Shown here: in pieces, positions 27,321 through 36,167 of the stretch
Numbering within the stretch: position 1 is the first letter of the stretch
How the letters are laid out: each line of letters starts with the position of its first letter
Assembly: GCA_030433115.1 (NCBI GenBank)
Contig: JAUILH010000001.1
Location: forward strand, 19,682-83,681
DNA length: 64,000 nt
Origin: Bacteroidia bacterium
GTDB lineage: Bacteria; Bacteroidota; Bacteroidia; Flavobacteriales_D; JAUILH01
Reading direction: 5' to 3'
Translations under genes and position numbers: made by a program
The notes under the pieces: model-generated
What the model was told of the DNA's origin: nothing
The model's input: the letters and a program-made list of their open reading frames with translations, nothing else
Databases searched by the model: none

Positions 27321-29123
27321 ATGACCAACAATCTTGCAAATAGCGTTAAGAATTTGCCTAATTCACCCGGCGTGTACAGGTTTTTTAACAAGCAAGGTGA
27401 GTTGATTTACGTTGGAAAGGCGAAAAATCTGAAGAACCGGGTCAGCTCCTATTTTTCAAAGCAAAAATACGAGAGTGCGAAAACCAAAATGTTGGTGAGT
27501 AAAATTGACCGACTGGAGTTTGTTGTGGTTGAGACGGAGCAAGATGCATTGTTCTTAGAAAACAACATGATTAAGGAGCACAAACCCAAATATAATGTGC
27601 AACTTAAAGATGACAAGACCTATCCCTGGATATGCATTAAAAATGAGGAATTTCCGAGGGTCTTTTCAACAAGGAAAAAGATCAAGGACGGATCTAAATA
27701 TTTTGGACCCTATTCCTCAGTTAGAACGGTAAAAACATTGCTAGAATTAATCAAACAAGTATATCCGATTAGAACTTGTAACTTGAAATTATCGGAAGAA
27801 AACACTAATGCCAACAAGTTCAAGGTTTGTCTGGAGTACCATATTGGCAACTGCAAGGGACCATGTGTTGATTATACTCAAAAGGCAGAATACGACCAGT
27901 TCATTGACGAAATTGCCTTCATTCTTCAAGGGAAAATCGGCTCAGTGATCAAAAGGCTCAAATCAATGATGGGTCAAGCCGTTGAGAATTTGGAATTTGA
28001 GAAAGCTCAAATCTTCAAATCGAAACTTGAGAGGTTGGAAAATTATCAATCTAAATCTACTGTAGTAAGTCCGGTTATCTCCAACCTGGATGTGGTGAGT
28101 CTTGTGACAGATATCAATCATGCTTTTGTCAATTACTTTCATGTGGTGGACGGAGGTATTGTGAATAGTCACACGCTCAAAATCAAGAAAAAGTTAGAGG
28201 AAAGTGACAGTGAACTCTTGGAAATTGGTATTGCTGAACTTAGGTCTCGATTCAAGTCGAACGCACGAGAAATATTGGTGCCTTTTTTACCTGAATTTGG
28301 AGAAGGAGATGTCAAGTACACTGTTCCGCAAAGGGGGGATAAAAAACATCTTCTGGATTTGTCTTTAAGAAATGCCAAGTATTTCATGCTGGATCAGCAC
28401 AAGAAACAGCAATTAGTGGACCCTAATAAGGCGACTAATCGAGTACTCGAAACGATCAAGAAGGACTTTAGACTTCCCGATTTACCTGTGCACATTGAGT
28501 GTTTTGATAATTCTAATTTCCAGGGAACCAATGCCGTTGCAGCGTGTGTGGTATTTAAAAATGCCAAACCATCGAAAAAGGACTACAGACATTTTAATAT
28601 CAAAACCGTGGTCGGACCAGATGATTTCGCCAGTATGGAGGAAGTGGTGTATCGCAGATATAAACGCTTGTTGGATGAAGATCAGGATTTGCCACAACTC
28701 ATAGTCATTGATGGTGGAAAAGGTCAATTAAGTGCTGCCTGTAAGAGTCTTCATAAGCTCGATTTATTTGGGAAGATAGCGATCGTTGGCATTGCTAAAA
28801 AATTGGAGGAAATTTACTTTCCGGGTGACAGCATTCCTGTGTACATAGACAAGCGTTCGGAGTCGCTTAAAGTGATCCAACAATTAAGAAATGAGGCCCA
28901 CCGTTTTGGAATTACCCATCATAGAAATAAGAGAAGCAAAGGAGCCATTCAATCAGAACTGACAAGTATTCCAGGCATTGGAGAAAAGACAATGGAGAAG
29001 CTTATCAAACATTTTGGTTCAGTAAAACGACTGAAGAGTGCCGCTTCCGAAGATATTGAGAAGCTCGTTGGCAAGTCTAAAACGCAATTACTGCAAAGCC
29101 ATTTTTCAAAAGCATCCGCTTAA
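27321..29123 (+). CDS. uvrC: Excinuclease ABC subunit C
   Basis: GIY-YIG motif 'GVYRFFNKQGELIYVGKAKNLKNRVSSY', a UVR domain, an endonuclease-V-like domain and C-terminal (HhH)2 'LTSIPGIGEKTMEKLIKHFGS'. Size is 600 aa. Confidence 0.9.
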   Translation: MTNNLANSVKNLPNSPGVYRFFNKQGELIYVGKAKNLKNRVSSYFSKQKYESAKTKMLVSKIDRLEFVVVETEQDALFLENNMIKEHKPKYNVQLKDDKTYPWICIKNEEFPRVFSTRKKIKDGSKYFGPYSSVRTVKTLLELIKQVYPIRTCNLKLSEENTNANKFKVCLEYHIGNCKGPCVDYTQKAEYDQFIDEIAFILQGKIGSVIKRLKSMMGQAVENLEFEKAQIFKSKLERLENYQSKSTVVSPVISNLDVVSLVTDINHAFVNYFHVVDGGIVNSHTLKIKKKLEESDSELLEIGIAELRSRFKSNAREILVPFLPEFGEGDVKYTVPQRGDKKHLLDLSLRNAKYFMLDQHKKQQLVDPNKATNRVLETIKKDFRLPDLPVHIECFDNSNFQGTNAVAACVVFKNAKPSKKDYRHFNIKTVVGPDDFASMEEVVYRRYKRLLDEDQDLPQLIVIDGGKGQLSAACKSLHKLDLFGKIAIVGIAKKLEEIYFPGDSIPVYIDKRSESLKVIQQLRNEAHRFGITHHRNKRSKGAIQSELTSIPGIGEKTMEKLIKHFGSVKRLKSAASEDIEKLVGKSKTQLLQSHFSKASA

Positions 29124-30118
29124 GTGAGTTGAGAGGTCAAGATGCGCATTTCGATTGCCGGAGAAATTCTTTCGTACAAAATATTGTGCACCGCACTCAC
29201 AATCGGAATGTCGACATTGAACTTTTTATTCATCTCAATGATACTTCTCGTGGCATAGTAGCCTTCAGCTACCATGTCCATTTCCAATTGAGCGGTCTTT
29301 ACCGAATACCCTTTGCCGATCATGAAACCAAAAGTGCGGTTCCTTGAAAACTTGGAATATGCTGTTACAAGCAGGTCACCCAAATAGGCAGAAGTGAGCA
29401 CATCTCTATGAATTGGATTTACCTGATCGATAAAACGCTCCATCTCCTGCGCCGCATTTGAGATCAATACCGCGTTGAAATTATCTCCGTAGCCTAAGCC
29501 AGAGCAAATACCCGCCGCTATGGCATAAATGTTCTTCATGATGGCCGAAATCTCCGTTCCGAATAAATCGTCACTGATTTGAGTATTCATATACCTGCAA
29601 TTCAACTTATCGGCAATGAATTGCGCAATTTTTTCGTCTTGAGAAGAAATGGTAAGATAAGACAGGCGTTCCAAAGCCACTTCCTCGGCATGACAAGGAC
29701 CACTGATCATGGCTACACGCTCATAAGGCACGTGCAGTTCTTTGTTAAAGTAGCGGGCCGGAATGTTATGACTTTCCGGAATGATACCCTTGACGGCACT
29801 TACGATCACTTTGTCCTTTAATATTTCAGGATTCAATCCCATAAAAGCTTCTGTGATGAAGGCAGAAGGAATAGCGATTACCAATAGATCACTCAAGTCA
29901 ATGATCTCTCTTAGATCTGTACTCACATTGATCTTCTCACGATCAAACTCAACGGATTGCAGGTATTTGGGATTGTGTAAGTACTTAATGATGTGCCCGG
30001 CCTGACTGTCGTCTCGCATCCACCAGTTCACTGAGTTGAGGTTATTGCAGAATAGCTTAACCAGGGCTGTAGCCCAACTTCCCCCTCCTAAAACAGCGAT
30101 CTTCTTGTCGTTTGACAT
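29120..30118 (-). CDS. gpsA: NAD(P)H-dependent glycerol-3-phosphate dehydrogenase
   Basis: 'KKIAVLGGGSWATALVKLF' Rossmann motif close to the chosen ATG at 30118. The ORF-track start at 30199 adds 27 implausible residues. Confidence 0.85.
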   Translation of the reverse strand: MSNDKKIAVLGGGSWATALVKLFCNNLNSVNWWMRDDSQAGHIIKYLHNPKYLQSVEFDREKINVSTDLREIIDLSDLLVIAIPSAFITEAFMGLNPEILKDKVIVSAVKGIIPESHNIPARYFNKELHVPYERVAMISGPCHAEEVALERLSYLTISSQDEKIAQFIADKLNCRYMNTQISDDLFGTEISAIMKNIYAIAAGICSGLGYGDNFNAVLISNAAQEMERFIDQVNPIHRDVLTSAYLGDLLVTAYSKFSRNRTFGFMIGKGYSVKTAQLEMDMVAEGYYATRSIIEMNKKFNVDIPIVSAVHNILYERISPAIEMRILTSQLT

Positions 30119-30122
30119 GCCG

Positions 30123-30130
30123 CAAAGGTA
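30123..30130 (-). promoter_or_regulatory. -7 box TACCTTTG placed 4 nt upstream of the gpsA ATG (leaderless geometry)
   Basis: The minus strand reads TACCTTTG-CGGC-ATG. Confidence 0.35.
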
Positions 30131-30206
30131 ACTATAAATGATAGAAATGCACAGTAGACTGTGCGCTGGCCATATTGTTTCATGGCTTTCAGAAGTCAAT
30201 TTTATT

Positions 30207-30237
30207 ATTCACAACATAAATTTGAAATTCACAACAT
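30207..30237. promoter_or_regulatory. Perfect 11-bp direct repeat ATTCACAACAT x2, 20 bp apart, flanking a -7 box
   Basis: Copies lie at 30207-30217 and 30227-30237. TAAATTTG (30217-30224, plus strand) sits between them, 66 nt upstream of the 30291 ATG. Confidence 0.45.
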
Positions 30238-30290
30238 TTTTTCAGAACTCAGAATAGGGATCAATACCTTCACGAAAAAATGACAGGACT

Positions 30291-32621
30291 ATGAAAAAAA
30301 ATTACGCAAAAATCACCCTATTATTTGGCGTGTTGCTGTTGATCTCAGTGGCCACCAATGCGCAGACAAGAGGTTCCAAAGAAAAAACCATCTCGGAACA
30401 TATTCAATTTCAAACCCAGTTTACCCAGGTACCTGGAATTGCGGCGCCCAAGCCAACATCACCTAATGTTCCAATCAACAATTTTAGCTACAAAGGAAGT
30501 TGTCCCGATACGGCATTTTTTGAGGATTTTCAATCACAAACAATCCCTGCTGCCTTTGGTAATTTTGATTTAGATGGTTTGACAGATGCAAATGGAAGAC
30601 CCCTGGATTGGCACATTCAATATGATCCACAATCTACTTCTCCAGGAGATACCAATTGGGTAGCAGGATCTTCATCATGGTTCACCCCTGCTGGAACGGC
30701 TAATAATTGGCTTACAACCGGTCCTATTGCTGTCTGCGGTGTTGACATGGATTTGTTTTGGAAGTCTAAGCCTTTTGAAGGTCCCGGATTCATGGATGGT
30801 TACAGTGTATACATATCGACCACAGGCAATGCACCAGCTGATTTCACAGGATCTCCAGTTTTCACGGTGGCTGAAGATGTTTCTGCAGGGGGCGGCACAC
30901 CTGGGCCAGGTACGGTGCATAGTCAATTCACTGGAAACAATGGCCTTCTTGAAGAATATGAAGTTGATTTATCCAGTTATGCAGGTCAGACCATTTATAT
31001 AGGGTTTCACCATAACTCGAATGACGACAATATGATCATGTTGGATGATATTTTTGTAGGAACCCCCATTACAAATGACTTGAACATTACTCAATCTGAA
31101 CTTGGTTCTGAGTATACAATTACACCAATAACTCAGGTTCAGGCCATGCAATATGGTGCAGATGTTGAGTTGATAAGTGGTATGCCCGTAACAAATCCCA
31201 CTTTGAGTATCAATGTTTGGGATGGAAGCACGACGGTTTTTAGTGACAACCCAACTATGTCTTCACAAGCGCCGGGAAGCACACAGAATTATGCTGCTGC
31301 TTCAACTTTTACGCCGTCCATTCTAGGTAACTATGAAGTGAGGTATGCAGCGTCTGCAGACGAAATTGACCCAAATCTATTGAACAACTATGACACAGCT
31401 TTCTTTGAAGTATCTGATTCTGTATATGCCAGAGATAACGGAAACTATACTGGCACATTGGGTATAGGCGCTGGAACTTCAGGGTTCATTGGGAATCAAT
31501 TTGAGGTGTTTACAACGGATGATTTGACCAGTGTTACGTTTACTCTTGGTGTGCCAACAATAGGAGATACGGTGGTTGCACATGTTTATGATCTCAGTGG
31601 GGGACAGCCCAATACAATTATTGGGTCAACAGACACCTTATTTGTGACAAGTGCCGCAGATAGTACTTATACGCTACATTTTGTCGGAGGTCCTCTGAAT
31701 TTGACTCCTGGGACATATGTGGTTGGTCTTGAAGAGAGTGCCAGTGGGAATCTTGCACTGTCTACCGAGACAGAGAACTATATTCCCCAAACAACTTGGG
31801 TATTCTTTAACGGAACCTGGGAGCATTCTGAATTTTATAGCTTTTTCGTTGCTTTTGCGATTCGAGCAAATTTCGGATTGGTTTGTACCGGACCTGTTGG
31901 TGATTTTACCAAAGTTGAGAATGGTTTGACAGTTGATTTCTCAGATGCTTCAACCACAGGCGGAACAATTTCTAACTGGCTATGGGATTTTGGAGATGGG
32001 AATACCTCTACCATGCAGAACCCATCGCACACATATACCGCTGCCGGAAATTACACGGTTTGTTTGACTGTGACTGATGCATGTGGATCAGATTCTTCAT
32101 GCACATCTGTGACTGTAGTTAATTGTCCTGACCCTGTGTCTGTTTGGTCCAGTTCTGCGAACAATCTGGTAGTTGACTTTACGGATGCTTCCACAACAGC
32201 TAATACAATTTCGAACTGGTTGTGGGATTTTGGAGATGGAAACACATCTACCACTCAGAATCCTTCACATACTTATGCAACCGACGGCAATTATACAGTT
32301 TGTCTGACAGTGACTGATGCCTGTGGTACAGATTCTACCTGTATGTTTGTTGCTGTTGCTGATGGTTCAATATCCATTGCTGAGAATGATGAATTGTCTC
32401 TTGAGATTTATCCTAACCCTGCCAACGACAGGGTGACGATTTCGACTAAACTAAATAGCGGTTCGATCTTGATCAGAGACGCCATTGGTAGAGTTGTTAT
32501 TACACACACCATTGTAAACAATAACACATCCATTGATTTGTCTCAAACTTCAAATGGTATCTACTTCATTGAAGTGACAGATGGTATTCATAGAAGCATC
32601 AGACGACTTGTCAAGAAATAG
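30291..32621 (+). CDS. Secreted protein with a choice-of-anchor-J-like N-terminal domain, two PKD domains and a T9SS type-A CTD
   Basis: Signal peptide 'ISVATNAQ'. It has 'IYIGFHHNSNDDNMIMLDDIFVG', two copies of 'ISNWLWDFGDGNTST.QNPSHTY...GNYTVCLTVTDACG', and the tail 'LEIYPNPANDRVTIS...GIYFIEVTDG'. Confidence 0.75.
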   Translation: MKKNYAKITLLFGVLLLISVATNAQTRGSKEKTISEHIQFQTQFTQVPGIAAPKPTSPNVPINNFSYKGSCPDTAFFEDFQSQTIPAAFGNFDLDGLTDANGRPLDWHIQYDPQSTSPGDTNWVAGSSSWFTPAGTANNWLTTGPIAVCGVDMDLFWKSKPFEGPGFMDGYSVYISTTGNAPADFTGSPVFTVAEDVSAGGGTPGPGTVHSQFTGNNGLLEEYEVDLSSYAGQTIYIGFHHNSNDDNMIMLDDIFVGTPITNDLNITQSELGSEYTITPITQVQAMQYGADVELISGMPVTNPTLSINVWDGSTTVFSDNPTMSSQAPGSTQNYAAASTFTPSILGNYEVRYAASADEIDPNLLNNYDTAFFEVSDSVYARDNGNYTGTLGIGAGTSGFIGNQFEVFTTDDLTSVTFTLGVPTIGDTVVAHVYDLSGGQPNTIIGSTDTLFVTSAADSTYTLHFVGGPLNLTPGTYVVGLEESASGNLALSTETENYIPQTTWVFFNGTWEHSEFYSFFVAFAIRANFGLVCTGPVGDFTKVENGLTVDFSDASTTGGTISNWLWDFGDGNTSTMQNPSHTYTAAGNYTVCLTVTDACGSDSSCTSVTVVNCPDPVSVWSSSANNLVVDFTDASTTANTISNWLWDFGDGNTSTTQNPSHTYATDGNYTVCLTVTDACGTDSTCMFVAVADGSISIAENDELSLEIYPNPANDRVTISTKLNSGSILIRDAIGRVVITHTIVNNNTSIDLSQTSNGIYFIEVTDGIHRSIRRLVKK
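31899..32357 (+). repeat. Tandem duplication of a ~220-nt PKD-domain coding unit
   Basis: Unit 1 is 31899-32117 and unit 2 is 32136-32357. Long identical stretches are visible at both the protein and DNA level. Confidence 0.8.
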
Positions 32622-32646
32622 TACTACTTAATGATATGACTTTAGT

Positions 32647-32671
32647 AAAAGCCCGGTTTATCCGGGCTTTT
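32647..32671 (+). terminator. Rho-independent terminator
   Basis: AAAAGCCCGG-tttat-CCGGGCTTTT: a 10-bp stem with a 5-nt loop and a T-run, 25 nt after the stop at 32621. Confidence 0.8.
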
Positions 32672-32819
32672 GCCATTTTAAACCAATCTTTGTTTTAAGT
32701 TTTGTACCATGAATTAATTTTTTTAAATGCATACATTTAAGGGCCATCATCGGCAGTTTTTTGCGTCAGAACGTAATCAATTATGGACTTGATTTTCTAT
32801 CTTCGCCAAAAATTCTCCT

Positions 32820-33827
32820 ATGCCAAAAATCAAAAATGCCTTACTCCGCTACCGCATCATAGACAAAGCAATCCGGAATCAATACGATCCTTTTCCCACT
32901 AAAGAAATACTAAGGCGTGCATGTGAAGAAGCGTTGTATGGTACAACTCATGGAGACCACATTTCCGACTCCACAATAGAGAAAGATCTGTTCGCTATGA
33001 GAGAGGATCATGACGCGCCCATCAAGTACAGTAAACGTGAAAAAGGGTATTACTACGATGATCCGGAATTCACTATGGATGAAATTCCTTTGAACGAAGA
33101 TGACGTAGATGCCATTAAGTTTGCAGCCAACATTCTCTTTCAATTTAAGGGAGTGGATGTATTTAAGAAATTTGAATTCGCCATCGACAAAATTTTAGAC
33201 AGGGTCAATATCTCAGATAAGTTTACTGACAAGTCTATAGAGCAGTATGTTCAGTTCGAGACCGCACCAGTTTACGGTGGCTCTGAATTTCTTTCGGATT
33301 TATTAGAGGCCATCAAAAAGAAAAAATCTGTTCAATTTGAGTATGCCAAGTTTGATGGTTCGGGAAAAAAGATCAGACGTGTAGACCCATATCTGCTGAA
33401 GGAATACAGAAATAGGTATTACCTCATCGGTAAAACACTGGTAAAAGGCAAAACACAGACTTTTGGTTTGGACAGAATGTCGCAGCTAAATATTCTCAAC
33501 GAAAAATTCCAAAGGGACGCAGATTTTGATCCGGATAGGTATTTCAAACATGCTATTGGTATTACAGCAGGAAGCAGTGATCCGGAAAGAGTGGTGATTG
33601 AAGCCAATGACATTCTGGCTAATTATTTGAACTCTCAGCCCATTCATTTCTCGCAGGAGATCATTAAAGAGAAAAAGAAATATACCCGTTACGCCTATGA
33701 AATTTTGGTGACTCAGGAACTCATTATGTTGTTATTGAGTTATGGCAATCAGGTGAAGGTTTTGGAGCCTAAGTCGCTGGTAGATGAGATTAAAAACCGC
33801 TTGAAAGATAGTTTGAATCAGTACTAA
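32820..33827 (+). CDS. WYL-domain transcriptional regulator (N-terminal wHTH, WYL, C-terminal WCX-like region)
   Basis: 'ALLRYRIIDKAIRN' is the N-terminal HTH-type segment. 'VQFEYAKFDGSGKKIRRVDPYLLKEYRNRYYLIGK' is the WYL-domain core. Confidence 0.7.
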   Translation: MPKIKNALLRYRIIDKAIRNQYDPFPTKEILRRACEEALYGTTHGDHISDSTIEKDLFAMREDHDAPIKYSKREKGYYYDDPEFTMDEIPLNEDDVDAIKFAANILFQFKGVDVFKKFEFAIDKILDRVNISDKFTDKSIEQYVQFETAPVYGGSEFLSDLLEAIKKKKSVQFEYAKFDGSGKKIRRVDPYLLKEYRNRYYLIGKTLVKGKTQTFGLDRMSQLNILNEKFQRDADFDPDRYFKHAIGITAGSSDPERVVIEANDILANYLNSQPIHFSQEIIKEKKKYTRYAYEILVTQELIMLLLSYGNQVKVLEPKSLVDEIKNRLKDSLNQY

Positions 33828-34849
33828 AATTTAGAAAATTGCTTTAAAAAGCGAATGTCGTTTTCAAAGAATAGTCTCAAATCGTTGATTTGATACTTTA
33901 ACATGGCAATCCGTTCAATTCCCATTCCAAAGGCAAAACCAGAGTATTTTTTGCTGTCTATCCCACAGTTTTCAAGTACAGCAGGATCGACCATTCCGCA
34001 CCCAAGAATTTCAAGATAGCCAGTGTATTTACAAACGTTACAGCCTGCTCCCCCACAAATGTTGCACGACACATCCACTTCTGCACTCGGTTCGGTGAAC
34101 GGAAAGTACGAAGGTCTTAAACGTATTTCTGTCTTCTCACCAAACATTTCTTTGGCGAAATACAACAAAGTTTGCTTGAGATCGGCAAATGATACGCCTT
34201 CATCAATATATAAACCTTCTACTTGATGGAAAATACAATGTGCGCGGGCAGAAATGGCCTCATTTCTGAAAACGCGACCGGGAGAAATGGTTCTAATTGG
34301 CGGTTGATTGTTCTCCATGTAGCGTACCTGAACCGAAGACGTATGGGTTCTCAATAAATAATCCGGATCTTTTTCAATAAAGAAAGTGTCCTGCATGTCT
34401 CTAGCAGGATGTTCGTCGGGTAGATTCAGTGCGGTAAAATTGTGCCAGTCATCCTCTATCTCCGGTCCTTCAGATAAATTGAATCCTATGCGTTCGAAAA
34501 TCTCAACAATCTCATTTTTAACCAGGGACAATGGGTGTCTTGATCCTATTCTGAGCGGTTCGCCAGGCATGGTCAAATCCTGAGAATTATTGGAAGACTT
34601 TTTTGAACTTCCCAAATTTTCTTGTGCAGTATTGAATATCTCCTGAGCAAATTGTTTCAAGGCATTTAATTCCTGTCCAATAATCTTCTTTTGATCCACC
34701 GGCACATCTCTAAAAGCGCCAAACAAGGATTGAATTTTACCTTTCTTGCTCAGATAGGTCAATCTGAAGTTTTCCAAACTTTCTGCACCGTCAAAAGAAC
34801 TTTGTTCTATCTCGGTTTTGATGCCTTGTATGCTTTCTTTGATGTCCAT
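33824..34849 (-). CDS. pheS: Phenylalanine--tRNA ligase alpha subunit
   Basis: Class II motifs are present: 'RTHTSSVQVRYM', 'GRVFRNEAISARAHCIFHQVEG' and 'GFAFGMGIERIAML'. Confidence 0.9.
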   Translation of the reverse strand: MDIKESIQGIKTEIEQSSFDGAESLENFRLTYLSKKGKIQSLFGAFRDVPVDQKKIIGQELNALKQFAQEIFNTAQENLGSSKKSSNNSQDLTMPGEPLRIGSRHPLSLVKNEIVEIFERIGFNLSEGPEIEDDWHNFTALNLPDEHPARDMQDTFFIEKDPDYLLRTHTSSVQVRYMENNQPPIRTISPGRVFRNEAISARAHCIFHQVEGLYIDEGVSFADLKQTLLYFAKEMFGEKTEIRLRPSYFPFTEPSAEVDVSCNICGGAGCNVCKYTGYLEILGCGMVDPAVLENCGIDSKKYSGFAFGMGIERIAMLKYQINDLRLFFENDIRFLKQFSKF

Positions 34850-34926
34850 TGTGCTGCGAATTTCACAAAAAAAAATGAATGCTCTGTAACATTTCGGGCT
34901 CGAATTATGTTGAAACAGTGTAACGA

Positions 34927-34959
34927 TTGTTCAAAAACCAAGGAAATTCCTTAAATTTG
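34927..34959 (+). promoter_or_regulatory. Candidate promoter for the lipoprotein pair
   Basis: TTG (34927-34929), a 22-nt spacer, then TAAATTTG (34952-34959), with 29 nt to the ATG at 34989. Confidence 0.35.
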
Positions 34960-34988
34960 GATGATCATCGATCTTATTACTTACTGAT

Positions 34989-35369
34989 ATGAAAAAGATT
35001 AAGCTAGGAACACTCATGATTTTTGCAATGTTTATCGCCATTGCACCAGCGCTCACTTCTTGTGGAAAAGTTAAAGATTCTTTAGCCAAAGTGACTGTGG
35101 TAGATAAAGCAACTGGTCAACCAATGAATGGAGTGACCGTGACTTTGAGACCTGTGAGTTCTGATCCAATGTCTACAGCGGAGTTTAGATTCGAATCAAT
35201 TGAAGCACAAACAGATGCCAAGGGTGTTGCTACCTTCAACTTAAGTGAATATTATGAAGCTGGTCAGGCCGGTTTAATGGTATTGACAATTGATGCGGCT
35301 GGTCAGACTGATGTAGGCATCATCAAAGTAGAAGAACAAGTCACGAACGAAAAAACGGTGGAACTTTAA
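34989..35369 (+). CDS. Small lipoprotein, carboxypeptidase-regulatory-like beta-sandwich (paralogue A)
   Basis: Lipobox 'ALTSC'. 'VTVVDKATGQPMNGVTVTL...TDAKGVATFNLSEYYEAGQAGLMVLTID' resembles a CarboxypepD_reg-type fold. Confidence 0.5.
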   Translation: MKKIKLGTLMIFAMFIAIAPALTSCGKVKDSLAKVTVVDKATGQPMNGVTVTLRPVSSDPMSTAEFRFESIEAQTDAKGVATFNLSEYYEAGQAGLMVLTIDAAGQTDVGIIKVEEQVTNEKTVEL

Positions 35370-35750
35370 TTGAAAGCGCTGAAAAAACATATTGTAATGA
35401 CAGTCCTGTTTGCAGCAGGACTGTTTTTGTATTCATGTGAAAAGCCTCAGGATACGGAGGTTCGTATTACGGTTAAGAATGCGAATGGAGATGTCATTCC
35501 TGGTGCAACAGTCCACATGTATGGTGAGCCAAGTGATACCGTTTACGTGAATAGATTGTCTCTGTACGATTTAACTGAAACGACCAATGATGGAGGTTAT
35601 GCGGTCTTCAATTTCAATGATTTCTATGGTCAGGGAGACAATGGCTTTGCAGTTCTAAAAGTGGATGTGAACAATGGTTCTCTGACGGGATCGGGTAATG
35701 TTACCATCCGAGAAAACGAGACTCAGGAAGTAGAAATCATCATTGAGTAA
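35370..35750 (+). CDS. Small lipoprotein (paralogue B of 34989-35369)
   Basis: Same length (126 aa) and colinear motifs ('ITVKNANGDVIPGATVHM...TNDGGYAVFNFNDFYGQGDNGFAVLKVD'). Lipobox 'FLYSC'. The TTG start directly follows the upstream TAA. Confidence 0.5.
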   Translation: MKALKKHIVMTVLFAAGLFLYSCEKPQDTEVRITVKNANGDVIPGATVHMYGEPSDTVYVNRLSLYDLTETTNDGGYAVFNFNDFYGQGDNGFAVLKVDVNNGSLTGSGNVTIRENETQEVEIIIE

Positions 35751-36093
35751 TCTCTGAAAAATAATCTATTACCGCTTCTTTAATTAACTGCTCCTGCTCT
35801 TTAGCACCCAAGGGAGGCAGATTTTTGTTGAGTTCAAAATGTGGCCAACCATCCCGGTCTTCACCAACGTAAGAGTAATACCCGTGTGGCTCAAGCAAAG
35901 TGCAAATGGCAATGTGCATCAGGTTAACTTTGTCATCTTTTTTGAAATTTTGGTGGCCCTTGCCCAATTCCTGAACTCCTATTAAAAACAACACACCTTG
36001 AAGGTCGAGCGGACCAAATTGGGGTTCCAGCTTCTTCAAAGTTTCGTTAAATCTGATCTGTACAGCGTAATCCACATAGCAAAGGTACGGCAA
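35740..36093 (-). CDS. Conserved hypothetical protein; start uncertain (TTG at 36093 or GTG at 36075)
   Basis: ORF with no recognisable motifs. A TACCTTTG box (36087-36080) sits 4 nt upstream of the in-frame GTG at 36075. Confidence 0.35.
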   Translation of the reverse strand: MPYLCYVDYAVQIRFNETLKKLEPQFGPLDLQGVLFLIGVQELGKGHQNFKKDDKVNLMHIAICTLLEPHGYYSYVGEDRDGWPHFELNKNLPPLGAKEQEQLIKEAVIDYFSEITQ

Positions 36094-36167
36094 TCATCAA
36101 CATTACGGTGTGTGAATATTCACGATTAGAAAAAAAAACAGGTCAAAAACCTCAGTATGTTTACACT

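Noticed and set aside
29120-29123. Convergent stop-codon overlaps (TTAA at 29120-29123 for uvrC/gpsA, 6655-6658 for SRPBCC/bcp, 33824-33827 for WYL/pheS, 15687-15703 for GT87-like/idi, 35740-35750)
   Set aside because: These are real but are simply a sign of a compact genome. No hairpin or regulatory element is associated with them, so I did not score them as findings.
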